From contig CAYLZE010000014.1 of NCBI GenBank assembly GCA_964388035.1, positions 1-64,000 of the forward strand: DNA of 64,000 nucleotides, given 5' to 3'. The position numbers and the translations under genes are program-made. A model generated the notes under the pieces. That model had not been told where the DNA came from, did no database searches, and worked only from the letters and a program-made list of their open reading frames with translations. Below, piece after piece: positions 52,162 to 61,908 of this stretch. Every line of letters begins with the position of its first letter. Positions within the stretch are counted from its first letter, which is position 1. This DNA comes from an uncultured archaeon (GTDB lineage: Archaea > Asgardarchaeota > Lokiarchaeia > Sigyniarchaeales > SOKP01).

Positions 52162-53171
52162 CAGAATCAAGTTTAGAAAAATATAATTTAGTTGGATATT
52201 TGCACGAAATTGAAAAAGTAACCGATCTTAATGGATGCTATTTCATCAATGTAGAAAATGATGTCGTAATCGAATCTACAATTCCTTTTAAGGTTCCTGA
52301 TGAAATATTATGGGAAATAGGTGTACTTAGGAGTACATTCAGACAATTTTCTCAAGGGATACAGCATGGAGGACTTAATGAACTCATGATTGAAGGAGAT
52401 AAAGGATATATATTATTATACGATATACCTCCCCACTTACTTTTGCTGGCCATGGGATCTGAAGAAATAAATCTATCTTATGTAAGATTAGCCATGATCG
52501 ATATTTTAGATCGCATCAGAACCGATATCGCTGAAATTGGAGATGCTATATTAAAAATCCCAGCAAAAGATTTTGGTGTCCTTGGAGAAAAAGATGAAAG
52601 AACACCCATACTTATCACTGCAACAGAGCCTGTACAAGTTGAAAATACTGCTATTATTTCTCCTATTGTTCCAGATATCGAGCCCCCTATCAAAACTGAG
52701 ATTGAATCTATTCGTGTAGAGCAAATCAATAAAGAAATCATTCAGCCTGAGATTAAAGTACCTGACATAACTCCAGTAAAACCGCGAGAAATAGAGCAAA
52801 TAGAGCTTAAACCAATCAAAGAACAACCTATTATTGTCGAAACTCCGAATATCAAAGCTAAAATGGCCATGTTGATGGATAAAATAAATTCAATCCAAGA
52901 TAAGAATGTTAAAGAGAAATATAAGACATTAGAAAGCATTTTTGAAGAAATTAAATCTCATTTACATTCTTTTTCAGGAGTAGAATTATATGAACTATTA
53001 GAGAGTTTAAAAGATGCGATATTATTAAATATTGGTACATCTCTTGCTCTTTTTGATATCTCAAAGGTAGCGCAAGAATATAAGAAAATCGAAAGTCTAA
53101 TCGAACCGAATGAATGTGATAAGATAATCAAAAGAATTAATACTTGGAAGGTAAGGATTATCAAAAATTAA
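52158..53171 (+). CDS. Roadblock-like N-terminal domain + Pro/Glu/Ile-rich linker + helical C-terminal domain
   Basis: HGGLNELMIEGDKGYILL..I...LLL...S..INL.YV.L.M; 4-bp overlap (TTGA) with the upstream gene. Confidence 0.8.
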   Translation: MTESSLEKYNLVGYLHEIEKVTDLNGCYFINVENDVVIESTIPFKVPDEILWEIGVLRSTFRQFSQGIQHGGLNELMIEGDKGYILLYDIPPHLLLLAMGSEEINLSYVRLAMIDILDRIRTDIAEIGDAILKIPAKDFGVLGEKDERTPILITATEPVQVENTAIISPIVPDIEPPIKTEIESIRVEQINKEIIQPEIKVPDITPVKPREIEQIELKPIKEQPIIVETPNIKAKMAMLMDKINSIQDKNVKEKYKTLESIFEEIKSHLHSFSGVELYELLESLKDAILLNIGTSLALFDISKVAQEYKKIESLIEPNECDKIIKRINTWKVRIIKN

Positions 53172-53210
53172 GTAAATTATTTCCATGACACATTTAAACG
53201 GTGAAAATGC

Positions 53211-53726
53211 TTGAGTTTAAGATTTTTTAAAGTAGAACGAACAGAAATTATTCCTATGGAAGATATTGCTCTTCAAGAAGATAAACTCTATATTATCCTT
53301 GATACACACTCCAAAAGATCAACGATATGGATATGGAGCGGTCCGAAATCGGATATGATGGACAGATATTATGCTGGTGTATTCGCGACTAAAATTAAAG
53401 CACAAAAGAAACTTTATGGGGCAAGTATTGAAGTTGTTCAAGGGGGAAATGAACCAGAGGAATTTCCTAAATTAGATCAATTACAATTGGTTACTCAAAT
53501 AGATGATAAATTTGAGGAACTGGTATTTAATCAAGTTAACTCAGAAGTAGAAAAAGAAATACAAGATACAGAAGCCACAAAATCTCGAGAGCCTCCCAAT
53601 GAAACAAAAGCAATCGGGAAATCTGAAATTCAACTTAAAAATCAGATCACCTCTTTACTTAATGAATTAATTATAGATATTGGAAAGATTCAAGAGAGAA
53701 TAAAGAATTTCTCAGACAAGTTATAA
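53211..53726 (+). CDS. Single-domain gelsolin-like protein
   Basis: LYIILD...TIWIWSGPKS..M.RY.A...A....IEVVQGGNEPEEF. Confidence 0.82.
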   Translation: MSLRFFKVERTEIIPMEDIALQEDKLYIILDTHSKRSTIWIWSGPKSDMMDRYYAGVFATKIKAQKKLYGASIEVVQGGNEPEEFPKLDQLQLVTQIDDKFEELVFNQVNSEVEKEIQDTEATKSREPPNETKAIGKSEIQLKNQITSLLNELIIDIGKIQERIKNFSDKL

Positions 53727-53769
53727 ATTAAAATACAAAAAATATATAAACAAAAGGTAAAAATTAAGA

Positions 53770-55086
53770 ATGATTGATGCAGGAGTAGGACTATCTATAG
53801 AAGATAATGGATATAAAGCCGGAAACTCAGTAGCAAAACAAGCAATGGAAGGGATGTCCATAAAACCAAAATTAGCAATTTTAGTGATTGATTCGTTATC
53901 CCGGGTTAAATATAATTATCAAGATGTACTAAATGGTGTAAGGGATGTTATTGGAGAAGATGTAATACTAATAGGGAGTACTGTTAATGGGATCCTAGTT
54001 AAAGATCGTTTTGCTCTGAAAAGTGTTGGATTAATGTTAATTGGGGGAGATTTTTCAATTGATTCTTCCTTTAATTATGGTCAATCTAGATTAAAATATA
54101 AAGAGATTGCAGAACAGGTTTACAATTTATCCACGAATTTTCCCCCGAATCAAGACCGTTTTCTTTTATTGTTTCAAGATGGAATGAAATTTCCACAAGA
54201 AGTGTTAGATAAGCAAGAATCCTTGAATAGTCGTGTAGTATCACTTTTATCGGGATTAGTTAACAGGTTTTTTAAAAAGCAACTTGAAGATTTTAAAGAA
54301 GATGGTTTAGGGATGCCCTCTGTTCAAGAATTCCTTGAACAATTTTATTCTAAAGGTTGGGAAAATATAGTAATTGGAAATATAGCAACAAACGTTCGGA
54401 ATCAAGATTCTGTGGAATTTTATAATGATAAGATTGTCGATGACAATATTATTGGAGTATTTTTATCTCCTTCTAATTCTACTAAATTCGGATTCGGATT
54501 TGCAGCTGGAGCAGAATCAACTGGGAAGAAATGTATTCCAACCAAGAACATTGGCAATTTTTTACTTAAAATTGATAATGAACCAGCTTTATTAGGACTC
54601 TGTAAAGCAGCTGGTATTCAAAAAGACTCTCTATATGAATTAAAAAGCTCATTCTATCTGAATTATCATACCATTTTAGGTAGAAAAGAATCAATAGGGG
54701 ATAAAGATTATATTCATTTAACAGCCACAATAACCAATCCTAATTTAGAAAGTCTTGTGAACACCGGATTTCCATTTGAACGAGTTCCTAAAGAAATTGA
54801 AATATATAGAAGTAATATGAACATTTTAACAAAAACTGCTGTAGATTCTGTGAATCAAGCTCTTGAAGGAATCTCAACCCCAAAATTTCTATTAGGATTT
54901 GATTGCGCGATACGCTTATTTGCATATGGTGATAATCTTCCCAAAATTGTGGAAGAAATAGATAATGTTGTTGGGAAAGATCTTCCAAAAATGATTGTTG
55001 GATCGGGAGGGGAAATCTATGGATCAAAGGATATGGATAACTATTTTAATAATATGACTTTTGTATCCTTAGCTGGTGGCGAATAA
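53770..55086 (+). CDS. FIST-domain protein (stand-alone)
   Basis: GVG.S......AG..VA..A, LIGST..G, IDNEPAL, FDCA.R, GEIYG, F.N.T.V.L. Confidence 0.8.
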   Translation: MIDAGVGLSIEDNGYKAGNSVAKQAMEGMSIKPKLAILVIDSLSRVKYNYQDVLNGVRDVIGEDVILIGSTVNGILVKDRFALKSVGLMLIGGDFSIDSSFNYGQSRLKYKEIAEQVYNLSTNFPPNQDRFLLLFQDGMKFPQEVLDKQESLNSRVVSLLSGLVNRFFKKQLEDFKEDGLGMPSVQEFLEQFYSKGWENIVIGNIATNVRNQDSVEFYNDKIVDDNIIGVFLSPSNSTKFGFGFAAGAESTGKKCIPTKNIGNFLLKIDNEPALLGLCKAAGIQKDSLYELKSSFYLNYHTILGRKESIGDKDYIHLTATITNPNLESLVNTGFPFERVPKEIEIYRSNMNILTKTAVDSVNQALEGISTPKFLLGFDCAIRLFAYGDNLPKIVEEIDNVVGKDLPKMIVGSGGEIYGSKDMDNYFNNMTFVSLAGGE

Positions 55087-55201
55087 TTTAAAGCTAATTT
55101 TAATTTTTTTAATATTCTTTTTGTAATATTTTCCTAAAACATAAATTAATAAATATGGATTATATTATTTTTATAATTGCAAGAAATTTAGCTGGATTTA
55201 C

Positions 55202-56386
55202 ATGATAATTGATACATTAATTGAAAAAGGTAAAGAAAATTTCAGAAAAGAAGAACAAACGAGCGTCAAGAAAGAACGATTTGATGCTATTTATGAAACT
55301 ACGATGCATATAATGCAGAATTGTAATTCATATCGACAATTCTGTAAACAGAAGGGCTTTAATCCGAAAAATGATTTGAAGTCTATTGAAGATATTAAAA
55401 ATATTCCATACCTAACAACTGCTAATTTTAAGGCCCAATCAGGAACACCTAAACAGTTTTTATGTGTTCCAGAGGAAGAAATACAAGTTTGGACCAAGTC
55501 AAGTGGTACATCGGGTGACCCCTCTACAATCGGGAGGAATCGATTAAATCTTGAAAGATTCTTTAAAATGTTTAGTTTCGTATTAGATGAATTATTTGAT
55601 ATGCCCAAATATAATTGGAGCCTGTTTTTCCAACCACACCCAATGAATAGATTAACAATTAAGGATAAGGTGAAAGCTCCAATGAATCATATGGGATATA
55701 TCTTTAATGTTGCCAATAATCTTCCAATGGAAGCTAGAGTTTATGCCTTAAAATTAGCTAGCCCAGAAGAAATAAAGAAAGGAAAATTATTTGATTTCGA
55801 TTCAGAGGGGACATTTGGATTTTTAAATTCTAATCCCCGTCAAAAAGGTATTGGATGGCTTGGAGGATCTGTACCTTTTATGTACCAGATACTTACAGAA
55901 TACTATAAAAAAACGGGTCAAACATTTAATATTGGAGAGAAATCTGTATTAAGTACAGGAGGCGGATGGAAGACATTTTCAGGAGAAGCTGTTAACCCAG
56001 AAAAATTCCGAGAAGACATGTCGAAAATTTTAGGAATCCCAGTGAACCAAATCTTTGATGTATATAGTTTCACAGAAACTGATAATACATTCTGTGAATG
56101 TGAATATCATAATAAACATTGTTTACCATGGCAAGATGTAATTGTAAGAGATACGGAGACTTTAGAACCAGTTGGAATTGGAGAAAAAGGACTTATAAAT
56201 GTTATTAATCCTAGCGCTTATAGTTATGCTGGTATATCTATCCTACAAGATGATATAATAAGTATCACAATGGAAGATGAATGTCCTTGTGGAAGAAAAG
56301 GAAAAGTTATAGAACTTTATGGTCGGGCTGAGGGCGCGGAAGCAAGGGGTTGCGGAGCTCAAATTGTTAGGGACAGCACGATGTAG
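55202..56386 (+). CDS. luxE: LuxE-like acyl-protein synthetase
   Basis: IPYL....FK, SSGTSG, TGGGWK, DVYSFTE, H...W..V.VRD..TLEP, GISIL.DD, CPCGRKG, GRA.GAE.RGC with conserved C-terminal Cys. Confidence 0.9.
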   Translation: MIIDTLIEKGKENFRKEEQTSVKKERFDAIYETTMHIMQNCNSYRQFCKQKGFNPKNDLKSIEDIKNIPYLTTANFKAQSGTPKQFLCVPEEEIQVWTKSSGTSGDPSTIGRNRLNLERFFKMFSFVLDELFDMPKYNWSLFFQPHPMNRLTIKDKVKAPMNHMGYIFNVANNLPMEARVYALKLASPEEIKKGKLFDFDSEGTFGFLNSNPRQKGIGWLGGSVPFMYQILTEYYKKTGQTFNIGEKSVLSTGGGWKTFSGEAVNPEKFREDMSKILGIPVNQIFDVYSFTETDNTFCECEYHNKHCLPWQDVIVRDTETLEPVGIGEKGLINVINPSAYSYAGISILQDDIISITMEDECPCGRKGKVIELYGRAEGAEARGCGAQIVRDSTM

Positions 56387-56490
56387 TATTTTTTTTTATT
56401 AACTTTTTTACTTTCAATTTTTTTTTTAATCTTTCAATATTATAAATTAGATCAAGTTTAAGTAATAAATAAGAAGGAGTCCTTTTTAAA

Positions 56491-58194
56491 TTGGAGAAAA
56501 GAATAGAAATCCCCGCTTTTATATTTGAACCAAAGTTTTCTGAAAATACTGAAAATGCAGTAATTAAGCGGCAAGACGATATTTTAGAAATCACGTTCCC
56601 AATTTTTGAGAAAGAAGAGGTTCTGAAAATTGCAAATAATCTGGCGCTAAAAAAGATAAGGGCACATAATAGAGATATTGACGAAGTTTTAAATGTAATC
56701 GATGAAGTAGGGAATTTATGGGCTAATCCAAATTATGATATTCGAAAGGAAGTAATGGATATTCTTCCCATGATGACAGGGGAATCTCGTACGTTATGTG
56801 AAATAGAACTGATGGGTACCACAGAATTATGGAAAAAGAAAAATGCAGAACTACAATTAGAAAGTGAAATAGGTGGTAAAAAGCTTTTAGAAGAATGGGT
56901 ACCGAAAGGAAATTCTAGAATCCATGCTCAACCAAGAGGCTTAATTCTTCATAATATGGCGGGAAATGCTTTTAATTTGGGTTTTCTGACATTATTTTAT
57001 GGATTGGTTACAAAGAATGTTAATTTAGTTAAGCTTTCTCACGGAGAACCTTATATAACCATTAAACTTTGTGAATCTATTAGAGACGTTGATAAAAATA
57101 TAGCTAAGGAGATTGCAGCACTATATTGGCAAGGTAATCGTTCCGATATTTATGATGAATTATTTAATTCGGGTTTGATTAATGCTATAATCGCATGGGG
57201 GGGGATCTATTCTATAGAAGAAATTAAAAGACGAGCGTATCAATATGGGATAAAAATCTTGGATCATGGACCAAAACTCTCTTTTACTATTATCTCAGAA
57301 GATTTATTTCAAAATGCCGATAAATTGAGAGAAATTATACCTAAACTTGCTGTAGATATTGCATTTTGGAATCAGAGAGCATGCTTAAGCCCTAGAATTG
57401 TTTATATTGTCGATGATCCTCATGAAATTGCTATGAATTCAATTACAAGCAAGAATGATGACGGTATTGATTTAGACATAATTGAAAATAATTCTATTAA
57501 CAATTCGCTAATTAAAACATTCGATAAAAATTCAACCTCGCAAACAATTTTCGAAAATAGTTTAGAAACTCAAATGATACGATCGATAAAATTAATTAAA
57601 AATAATTTATCCAATTTATCTCCAATTGGATTTGCTCGATTATTAGCTAATAGTTTAAAAAAAGTAGATAAAATACTTCCTCGTGCTGATATAACACAAA
57701 CCGATGGTCTAGAGATGGCGAAAAAAAGACAATATTTTATGATGAAGTATGTAGCACACAATCGAGCAAAAATTTTCACGCCACCTAAAGATAAATTAGA
57801 TTGGACAGTTGTATACTTAAGAGACTTACCTACAAAACTTGAAATTGATATGTGTCAAAATCGTTTTGTAATTGTTACCAGAGTTTCTAGTATTAATAAT
57901 CTTATCTATTCAATAAGGAACGAGAAATTGCAGCAATACTTACAAACCATCTCTATATATGGCTCTGATAAATTTATCAAGGATGTGGCAGAAGATTTTT
58001 CACTATTAGGAGCATATAGATTTCCAAGAGTAGGGGAACATAACATCCATTCAATTGGGATGCCTTGGGATGGACATTATGTACTTAATGATTTAATAAA
58101 ATGGGTATATCTTGGATTTAAAGATTATAATTATGGAGAAGCAGAAGGACGAATAATTCTTTTCAAAGATGATGACTTTTTCCAACAAGAATAA
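56491..58194 (+). CDS. luxC: LuxC-like acyl-CoA/acyl-protein reductase
   Basis: PRGLILH.MAGN, GL.TKN..LVK.S, AWGG, GPKLSF, W.QRACLSPR (catalytic Cys), YLQT, PWDG...L..L.KWV. Confidence 0.9.
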   Translation: MEKRIEIPAFIFEPKFSENTENAVIKRQDDILEITFPIFEKEEVLKIANNLALKKIRAHNRDIDEVLNVIDEVGNLWANPNYDIRKEVMDILPMMTGESRTLCEIELMGTTELWKKKNAELQLESEIGGKKLLEEWVPKGNSRIHAQPRGLILHNMAGNAFNLGFLTLFYGLVTKNVNLVKLSHGEPYITIKLCESIRDVDKNIAKEIAALYWQGNRSDIYDELFNSGLINAIIAWGGIYSIEEIKRRAYQYGIKILDHGPKLSFTIISEDLFQNADKLREIIPKLAVDIAFWNQRACLSPRIVYIVDDPHEIAMNSITSKNDDGIDLDIIENNSINNSLIKTFDKNSTSQTIFENSLETQMIRSIKLIKNNLSNLSPIGFARLLANSLKKVDKILPRADITQTDGLEMAKKRQYFMMKYVAHNRAKIFTPPKDKLDWTVVYLRDLPTKLEIDMCQNRFVIVTRVSSINNLIYSIRNEKLQQYLQTISIYGSDKFIKDVAEDFSLLGAYRFPRVGEHNIHSIGMPWDGHYVLNDLIKWVYLGFKDYNYGEAEGRIILFKDDDFFQQE

Positions 58195-58225
58195 ATTCAG
58201 TATAGTCTTGTATAGAAATTTCTAT

Positions 58226-58510
58226 TTATAAGAATAAAACATCTAATTTTTTGACAATTTTTTACGATTTTTCATTTTTTTCGTAGAGGAAAATAATATT
58301 AACATTACTTATTTTCGGATTAGAAGTATTAATTTGTTTTTTCTCAAAATTATATTTCAATATAAGATTTTCACTAGGTTTTAATGTTTCTGGGAGAATG
58401 CTTTGATCATCTTTATAGATGTTAAATAATTCTGATGGACAGTCCATCTCAATTTTTAAAATTCTAATATTATTTTCAGAAATATTTTGATTTTGAATAA
58501 ATAAATTATT
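58226..58510 (-). pseudogene. Relic of the C-terminal beta-sandwich domain of a paralog of the HEAT-repeat gene 36212-37993
   Basis: NISENNIRILKIEMDCP...LPETLKPSENLILKYNFEK.....NPKISNVNIIFLYEKNEKS*KIVKKLDVLFL* vs NNSGKQITNISFDIIDP...FPENLNHNRELSINWILRK.....MPLATMIQILIFYQIKGKLFYKKENMDILLL*. Confidence 0.75.
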
Positions 58511-58703
58511 GCTAAAACTTCGGTGCAGGAAGGAACGAAGATTCTTTTCTTTAATTTATTAAAATAAAGATCTTTCCAAGAGCATCCTTTGATTGAATTT
58601 CAAGGAAAAATAGAATTTCTCTCAATTCTTTAAATTTTAATCTTAGTTCTTACTACCGATCTAAAAAATATTAGGTATTATTTCATTATTTAAATTCATT
58701 CAC

Positions 58704-59309
58704 ATGAAAAAAATTATTCTAGCTTCGAAATCTCCGGATAGAAGTGAAATCTTAAAACGTGCCGGGATATCATTTCAGATTTTTTTAACACAAGTAAATG
58801 AAGATAAATATAAAAGTAGAATCTCCGATTCCATTAAATTGGTGGAAGAACTCGCAAAGCAGAAAGCCCTACATGCTAAAAAAGTAATACATTCTCTGGA
58901 AGATGAGTATATCTTTATTGGAGCAGACACTATCGTAGAATATCAGGGAGAAATAATTGGAAAACCAAGTAACGAACAAGATGCTTTTGAAATGCTTAGA
59001 AAGTTACAAGGAAGTAAGCATTCTCTTATTACGGGAATTGCGCTTACCGAATCCTCCTCTCCTAAAATCAGTATTGATCATGATGTAACTACTGTACAAT
59101 TATTGCCACTCACGGATGATGAACTGTGGGAATATATCAAATCTGGAGAGTGGCAAGGAAGAGCAGGGGCCTATTCTTTAAATGATAGGGCAGCCCTTTT
59201 TGTGGATCGTATAATTGGGTCCTCTTCTAATGTAATTGGATTACCGCTCCATAAAGTATTTCATATCCTAAAACAAGATTTTAATTTGAACTTATTACAG
59301 TACCATTAA
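58704..59309 (+). CDS. maf: Maf family nucleoside triphosphate pyrophosphatase
   Basis: IILASKSP.R, KA, GADTIV, GKP, GEWQGRAGAY, NVIGLP. Confidence 0.95.
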   Translation: MKKIILASKSPDRSEILKRAGISFQIFLTQVNEDKYKSRISDSIKLVEELAKQKALHAKKVIHSLEDEYIFIGADTIVEYQGEIIGKPSNEQDAFEMLRKLQGSKHSLITGIALTESSSPKISIDHDVTTVQLLPLTDDELWEYIKSGEWQGRAGAYSLNDRAALFVDRIIGSSSNVIGLPLHKVFHILKQDFNLNLLQYH

Positions 59310-59315
59310 ACCCAA

Positions 59316-59894
59316 ATGAAAATGATAAGAAAGTTAGAAATCTGTGTTGGTTCTTTAAATCCTACGAAATATAATGCAGTTGTTCAAGGTTTTAAAAAGT
59401 ATTTTAGCTCTTTTAAAGTTATTAAAATTAAAGCAAATTCCAACGTACCTGATCAACCCATTGGCATGAAAGTTATTATTAAAGGAGCGATTAATAGGGC
59501 ACGGGAAGCTTTATACTATCTAAAAGAAACCAAAAAGGAGAATACAGAAATTTTAGGGGTTGGTATTGAGGCGGGATTAGTTGAAGTTCCCTACACTGCC
59601 ACTCATTACATGGATTTTCAATTTTGCGTTATTATGGATGATTCAGAAAGGATTACTATGGGAAGTGGTATTGCTTTTGAATATCCTGCTCGTGTTATTA
59701 ACCAAGTTATATCTAATAAGAAAAAAGAAATTGGAGATATCATGGGAGAATTGACTGGAAATGCTGATTTGAAAAATGAGGGCGGAGCAATTAGTTTTCT
59801 GAGTAAAGGCATTCTTAAGAGAACAGATATTTTGACTCAAGCAGTTATTTGTGCCCTTTTACCTAGAATAAATGAAATAATTTATAACAAATAA
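59316..59894 (+). CDS. yjjX: Inosine/xanthosine triphosphatase
   Basis: VGSLNP.K, S.VPDQP.G, GAINRA, GVGIEAG, GAI.FLS.G...R. Confidence 0.92.
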   Translation: MKMIRKLEICVGSLNPTKYNAVVQGFKKYFSSFKVIKIKANSNVPDQPIGMKVIIKGAINRAREALYYLKETKKENTEILGVGIEAGLVEVPYTATHYMDFQFCVIMDDSERITMGSGIAFEYPARVINQVISNKKKEIGDIMGELTGNADLKNEGGAISFLSKGILKRTDILTQAVICALLPRINEIIYNK

Positions 59895-60014
59895 CTTTTA
59901 TATCTTCTTGTTTATTTAATTACTAATTTTCTTTCTTTTTTAATTTAGAGATTCATTTAAATAGAAAAATTGATTTATAGCTTATTATCCAATTATATTA
60001 TGGAGTGATTTGAA

Positions 60015-60329
60015 ATGACAAGATATAAACGATATGATGTGATGAAAATCCTTGCGATAATTGGGGGGATTCTCGCACTCTTAGAATCAATCTTGAGTTT
60101 GGTAGGACGCGCCTTTACTGTTCTTATTCATCCAGCGGGTATGATTGTTTCAGCTATAGTAGGAATCATCCTTGGATTGGTTGTAATTCTAGCTTGCGTT
60201 AAACCTGAAAATCCCATTCCTTTTAATGCTATATTATTCCTAATTCTTGGAATTTTAATTATTATATTCTCAAGTTTGATTGGTGGAATCCTGGTTTTAG
60301 TTGCGGGCATATTAGGTTTGGTTGATTAA
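60015..60329 (+). CDS. Small 4-TM membrane protein
   Basis: Hydrophobic 104-aa ORF with GGAGTGA SD; paralog of the next gene. Confidence 0.75.
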   Translation: MTRYKRYDVMKILAIIGGILALLESILSLVGRAFTVLIHPAGMIVSAIVGIILGLVVILACVKPENPIPFNAILFLILGILIIIFSSLIGGILVLVAGILGLVD

Positions 60330-60507
60330 TGAAGATCAATCTGAAATTCTCCTTAATAATTCTTTTATTTTCCTATTCTTTTTTTAAAACTTAAAATTAT
60401 TTCAATATTATCATGTACAATAATGTAAAGGTGAATTTCTAAAATATTTTAAGAAATCATTGCTTAATTCTCAATTAATCCTTAATAATTTTAATAGGTG
60501 TTTTCCA

Positions 60508-60846
60508 TTGAAAAAAACTTACAAGAATGAAAAGTTGATGCAGGTTTTGACCGTCTTAGGGGCAATTCTCGGATTGGTGGGTGTCATTTCTCAGTTCCTT
60601 TCATTGGCGGGATATGGATTTTTTCCCTCCCCTTTTCCTGCGGTTTTAAATGTTATAGTCAACGCAATCGTTGGTTTAGTTATCGTAATTTTCACGTTCC
60701 TTTGCGCATTAAAACCCGGTCGACCCCTTCCCTTCAATTGGATAGTTCTTCTCATTCTCGCAATCTTGCTAATTATCTTTGCGAGTTTATGGGGTGGACT
60801 AATTGTATTAATCGCTGCTATAATAGGGATAATAGAAGACTTATAA
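60508..60846 (+). CDS. Small 4-TM membrane protein, tandem paralog
   Basis: Shared AIVG...KP..P.PFN...GG..VL.A.I.G pattern; TTG 60508 follows AGGTG. Confidence 0.72.
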   Translation: MKKTYKNEKLMQVLTVLGAILGLVGVISQFLSLAGYGFFPSPFPAVLNVIVNAIVGLVIVIFTFLCALKPGRPLPFNWIVLLILAILLIIFASLWGGLIVLIAAIIGIIEDL

Positions 60847-60928
60847 TTAAAACAGAATGGATTCAACAATAAAGAAATTCTTCATTTTTTTTTAAAATCT
60901 TTAACTAATCTTTTCCCATAGGTTTTAT

Positions 60929-61804
60929 TTAGGTAACTTTCCCTACATTTTCCAGAAAGTATGAAACAATTCGTTCTGCTAAATTAAAATCCGTAACTTT
61001 CTGTAGAGCGGTAAATCCTGGAATAGAATTGATTTCTATGACGAGATATCCCCTTTCACTTTCAATAATATCAACACCAGCAATTTCTGTTTTCGTAATC
61101 TTGGCCGTTTTTATAGCTAGAGACTTCAATTCCTCATTTATTTCTATGGGCTTCACTTTAGCACCCGCATGCACGTTTGTTTTCCAATTATCGCTAATCC
61201 TATACATCCCCGCTACCACTTCCTCTCCTATCACGAGAATTCGGATGTCACGATTATAATGGGGAATAAATTCTTGTAAATAGAACACCTCATTTAAATG
61301 CTCTAAAGTATAAATTACATTTTCAGCAAAAGCCTTATCTTGCAATCTTGTTATTCCTATACCCTTCGAGCCAAATAATGGTTTCAATATTACATCTCCT
61401 CCTAAATCTTCAAAAGAATTCAATGCATCTTGAGAGTCTTCACAAATTATGGTTTTTGGTGTGGGAATCCCAAATCTTTCAAAATAAACAGAAGATAAGA
61501 ACTTATCGCTCGCAATTTCCAAAGATTCGCGAGAATTTATCAACTTTATCCCGTGAGCTTCTAAGGCATTTAATAGATCTAAGCGGAAAAAAATCTTTTG
61601 AGTAGGACAAGCTCCAAAACCTCGTACTAAAGCTCCTCTGGGATTGAGGTTTTCAAAATATTTTTCAAACTTGCGAATATTGATTTCCACTTTCACGTTG
61701 GAGGGGATGAAATAATCCACATCGTATCCCTTCTTATTGAATTCTTTACTTAGTATGACAACTTCAGGATCAGAAGGATTTGGAGTTATTATTAGACTTT
61801 TCAT
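60929..61804 (-). CDS. RimK-family ATP-grasp alpha-L-glutamate ligase
   Basis: DKF, GIPTPKT, ILKPLFGS.G.GI, QEFI, DIRILVIG, WKTNVH.G, AGVD, EINS.PG; ATG 61804 preferred. Confidence 0.92.
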   Translation of the reverse strand: MKSLIITPNPSDPEVVILSKEFNKKGYDVDYFIPSNVKVEINIRKFEKYFENLNPRGALVRGFGACPTQKIFFRLDLLNALEAHGIKLINSRESLEIASDKFLSSVYFERFGIPTPKTIICEDSQDALNSFEDLGGDVILKPLFGSKGIGITRLQDKAFAENVIYTLEHLNEVFYLQEFIPHYNRDIRILVIGEEVVAGMYRISDNWKTNVHAGAKVKPIEINEELKSLAIKTAKITKTEIAGVDIIESERGYLVIEINSIPGFTALQKVTDFNLAERIVSYFLENVGKVT

Positions 61805-61908
61805 TTCCAACCTTACTAAATTACTTATTTTATTTAGAGCACTAATTTTTAAATAGATGAACAATAATTTTAAATTAAACCATTTTCTCATCACGAGTGT
61901 AAATTAAA

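Noticed and set aside
55202-58194. Bioluminescence operon
   Set aside because: No luxA/luxB luciferase, luxD or luxG in the window; luxCE homologs occur in non-luminous organisms.
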